DNA of 47,325 nucleotides, counting the filler, from Streblomastix strix (lineage: Eukaryota), in the NCBI GenBank assembly GCA_008636045.1. It is 2 parts of 2 records of this genome, joined end to end, with 100 filler letters (N's around TTAATTAATTAA, not from the genome) between each part and the next. Parts side by side here need not be neighbours in the genome. Positions count along the whole stretch, not along the records: positions 23,740 to 47,325 come from SNRW01000270.1; 1 more part is not named here. One strand, written 5' to 3'. Made by a program: the position numbers and the translations under genes. Of this stretch, positions 47,001 through 47,325 are shown in pieces. Every line of letters begins with the position of its first letter. Positions within the stretch are counted from its first letter, which is position 1. The notes under the pieces were generated by a model. The model was not told the origin of the DNA, did no database searches, and was given only the letters and a program-made list of their open reading frames with translations.

Positions 47001-47325
47001 ACTGATGAATATCATTCAAATGATTGTATGCCTGTTAATTGTAAAAGTAGTGAACAAAATTATCGTTGCTACTGTACTGGCGATATTGAGAAAAATACGA
47101 TTGATTGCATTTGTCCGAGTAACTCTTAATAATTAATTGATATTCCATCAACTGTTTGTCAATGTCTAGATGCTGAAGATCCAAGATAAGGATTAATTTG
47201 TCCTATCACTAGTGAATGTACAGATGATTAAATAAATCCGAAATGCTTGTGCACTTATAATCATTAAGGTTCTGGTTGTATTTGTACATAATCTATTCAT
47301 CCACAAGAATGCGAATGTGATTCAT
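26100..47325 (+). CDS. Giant putative surface protein: N-terminal low-complexity/hydrophobic region, Pmp-like beta-helix repeats, Cys-rich modules and an S41-peptidase-like domain; 3'-truncated; two in-frame TGA (possible recent pseudogene)
   Basis: First in-frame ATG at 26100. Exon 1 runs to 36079, with a frame offset only across the N gap inside the 54-bp repeat. Phase-0 introns: 36080-36204, 37420-37503, 39049-39154, 40880-40991, 42540-42640, 44372-44481, 46159-46229. Open to the window end except TGA at 30413 and 34451. Confidence 0.8.
27471..27840 (+). repeat. Coding 54-bp tandem repeat (MNKEYKEDQQKPILINSQ), at least 7 units, with an internal 10-N gap
   Basis: Identical units start at 27471, 27525, 27579, 27633, 27662, 27716, 27770 and 27824 (27633 and 27824 partial). 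N at 27650-27659. Confidence 0.95.
29940..35520 (+). repeat. Three ~2-kb internal repeats encoding Pmp-like right-handed beta-helix (GGAI/GGGIY...FxxC)
   Basis: Recurrent GGGIY and FxxC motifs. The block signature QPGNGGGI...YGWGGAIF...GNNLHIQS...MGI occurs at about 30860, 32780 and 35105. Confidence 0.88.
36205..44330 (+). repeat. Five exon-delimited modules (beta-helix plus CxC/DPR Cys-rich repeats)
   Basis: Each exon starts GR...QTI(W), contains INECSFKD/NNQFWDN followed by Cys-rich repeats, and is preceded by a phase-0 intron at the homologous codon. Confidence 0.9.
44330..46600 (+). other. Peptidase S41 (tail-specific/CPAF-like) domain within the giant gene, probably inactive
   Basis: CLRSIP-L...YLSGYSQLDTSLNPP...VDIIGGLEEI...FDFYEDIMVLLNKLKDPST; FADEEVSISRNPIARLN; GVLIITTF; KLLIDIRGNYGG; NVLILTDGNCGGTCSQF. 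Confidence 0.75.

Overview
This is AT-rich, intron-containing eukaryotic DNA that uses a non-standard code (TAA/TAG = Gln, TGA = stop), so the supplied standard-code ORF track is mostly fragments or antisense noise. The code, short GT-AG introns and gene families point to an oxymonad (Streblomastix-like); this is inference. Left of the 100-nt artificial scaffold spacer at 23640-23739 are: two inverted near-identical copies of a B-box-like/coiled-coil gene (window start and 14.5-15.9 kb), an ABHD1/2/3-type alpha/beta hydrolase, a charged low-complexity protein, a 16-exon ARM-like repeat protein, an 18-exon NEK-like kinase with a C-terminal SPRY-like domain, and a decayed Polinton/Maverick-like element (family-B polymerase plus rve integrase, both written in the host code). 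Right of the spacer are a tandem-C2-domain gene and one giant gene of >21 kb and >6,800 codons that runs off the window. Its product has an N-terminal region of about 1,240 aa with hydrophobic segments and a coding VNTR, three Pmp-like beta-helix blocks, five exon-encoded beta-helix/Cys-rich modules showing signs of homogenisation, and an S41-peptidase-like domain that appears to lack its catalytic His and Ser. Two isolated in-frame TGA codons interrupt this otherwise intact frame. All translations and family calls were made by eye.
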